Shown here in pieces: positions 62,800 to 64,000 of a stretch of 64,000 bases of DNA. Source of the stretch: a virus. Both the position numbers and the translations under genes were made by a program. The notes beneath the pieces are model-generated. The model was not told where the DNA came from and did not search any database. It was given only the letters and a program-made list of their open reading frames with translations. The number at the start of each line of letters is the position of its first letter. Position 1 is the stretch's first letter. The stretch lies in IMG/VR virus record IMGVR_UViG_3300045988_139474, positions 32,001 to 96,000 of that record. One strand, given 5' to 3'.

Positions 62800-62955
62800 G
62801 TAGATTATAAGATATATAATACCTGAGGTTGATATTGTATCACATCTATGACATTGAAATCGTATATTTCGTGACTAACTTCTTATTTTCGCAAGGGAAT
62901 TTTTAGCCAAAATCCTGTATTTATGTACGGAATCCCAATAGTTACAAGATTCAGC
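62800..62955 (-). repeat. Promoter-bearing repeat module F
   Basis: Minus sense GAATCTTGTAACTATTGGGATTCCGTACATAAATACAGGATTTTGGCTAAAAATTCC...GTCACGAAATATACGATTTCAATGTCATAGATGTGATACAATATCAACCTCAGGTATTATATATC. Confidence 0.8.
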
Positions 62956-63344
62956 ATTCAGCTTCTGTATCCCTGTCAACAGATTTCACCAGTGTTGATT
63001 GATTTCGCCTTTTAGCTTTCTATCCTCTGCTTGACACTCACCCAGACGGTCGGATTTCAGTCAGTCATTACTCATGCTTCAGCAGGGTTGAGTAGGATTC
63101 ATGATTGTTACCCCTTCTTCTGCTGACTCAGGCTACAGGCCGTCTAGTTTCATTGCTTCAGCAGTGTTGATAAAGACTGATTCTGTTCCATCTCTAGCTT
63201 GCTACGCTCACACGCAAGCAGAGGGTTTCTTATCTCATGTTTCAGCATCATGATTCTCAAATTTCACGATTTCATTCTCATGGCTGATTGAGGATTGAGA
63301 GTGAATGACTGATTCCTGTTCAACAGCAGATATTAAGTCGGTAT

Positions 63345-63510
63345 CGTTTTCTAATTTAATATATATATATATATAACCTGTAGTTTGTTATTGTATCACA
63401 TCTATGACATTGAAATCGTTTATTTCGTGGATAACTTCCTAATCCGCCAAAAGAATTTTTAGCCAAAATCCTGTATTTATGTTCCGATTCCTGTACCCGC
63501 CAAGACCAGC
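63345..63510 (-). repeat. Promoter-bearing repeat module G
   Basis: Minus sense ...GGAATCGGAACATAAATACAGGATTTTGGCTAAAAATTC...TTATCCACGAAATAAACGATTTCAATGTCATAGATGTGATACAATAACAAACTACAGGTTATATATATATATAT. Confidence 0.8.
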
Positions 63511-63733
63511 ATAAAAATATCGAAAAATCTTTCCCAATGTTGACTGCCTAAAGACGGTATCCCCTCTGTAAGCGCGGCAAGGCCAATTAACGTAATTTTT
63601 TGGTAACACCCTAATATCTATTGATGTATCGCCCTACACGATTTCGCAGAGCGTCGCTGCTAAGTCGTTGATTCTTCACGGGAATGATACAAATGGCCGT
63701 CAGTATCGGCACTATTTACAGGAAGAACTGAAA

Positions 63734-64000
63734 ATGACCAATCAGGTAATAAGTCTAAATTCCAGTTCATTGCCAGCTACCTTGTCTGATATCGACAAGC
63801 ATTTTGATATCGACCAGCTTCAGGTACACCGTATTGCAGCACAGCTGTTGTTGACTAAATTAGCCAACAGGGAAGCTGTACGGCTCGAAAAGCTCGTCAA
63901 TTTCAGAGATGCTATTGAAGAGCAGCTATTTGATGAAGACCGCATCGACAAGTTGACTCAGGAAGAGTTGATTGCTTTGCACCAGTTGATATCAAGTAGT
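63734..64000 (+). CDS. Hypothetical protein, 5' part (first plus-strand gene, runs off window end)
   Basis: ATG 63734 preceded by AGGAAG. My translation gives MTNQVISLNSSSLPATLSDIDKHFDIDQLQVHRIAAQLLLTKLANREAVRLEKLVNFRDAIEEQLFDEDRIDKLTQEELIALHQLISSS, with no stop before the window end. Confidence 0.5.
   Translation, partial: MTNQVISLNSSSLPATLSDIDKHFDIDQLQVHRIAAQLLLTKLANREAVRLEKLVNFRDAIEEQLFDEDRIDKLTQEELIALHQLISSS

Noticed and set aside
1-64000. Prophage or integrated-element interpretation (integrase, transposase, att sites, host flanks).
   Set aside because: No integrase, transposase or recombinase motifs were seen. No cellular housekeeping genes are present. The whole window is phage replication, nucleotide-metabolism or accessory content.

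Overview
The window is phage DNA, not cellular chromosome. It holds about 90 tightly packed, often translationally coupled genes, all on the minus strand until a strand switch at about 63.5-63.7 kb.

**Replication and recombination block (T4-like, with differences).**
- Primase, a DnaB-like helicase, two SF2 helicases, a gp32-like SSB, FEN/RNase H, a two-subunit topoisomerase II, RusA, and rIIA/rIIB.
- The DNA polymerase is family A, not family B.
- Mre11 and Rad50 are fused into one polypeptide.
- The class I RNR alpha subunit is split by a 154-aa mini-intein at the catalytic cysteine.
- Also present: an HU/TF1-like protein, one tRNA(CAT), an N6-adenine methyltransferase and a DUF2829 (Tad2-like) protein.
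- At the left edge is the 5' part of a multisubunit RNA polymerase beta-prime gene. The ORF track misses it because the ORF runs off the window.

**Possible DNA base modification.** A nucleotide-pool operon (Dcd-type deaminase, thymidylate-synthase-family hydroxymethylase-like enzyme, HD nucleotidase, P-loop kinase, MazG/dimeric-dUTPase-like enzyme) sits alongside a three-gene coupled cassette. One cassette member carries the motif I associate with aGPT-pyrophosphorylase DNA base hypermodification enzymes. Together these suggest modified thymidine, but that is inference.

**Structure the genes do not explain.**
- A ~150-bp promoter-bearing module occurs seven times, in both orientations. Each copy is followed by ORF-free sequence with covarying hairpins. 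About 4.2 kb in total is ORF-free.
- Two further conserved intergenic motif classes occur at least 7 and at least 13 times.
- There are several tandem paralog arrays.

**Limits.** Everything was read by eye. No HMM, BLAST, folding or GC computation was run. Family calls rest on remembered motifs and are graded accordingly.
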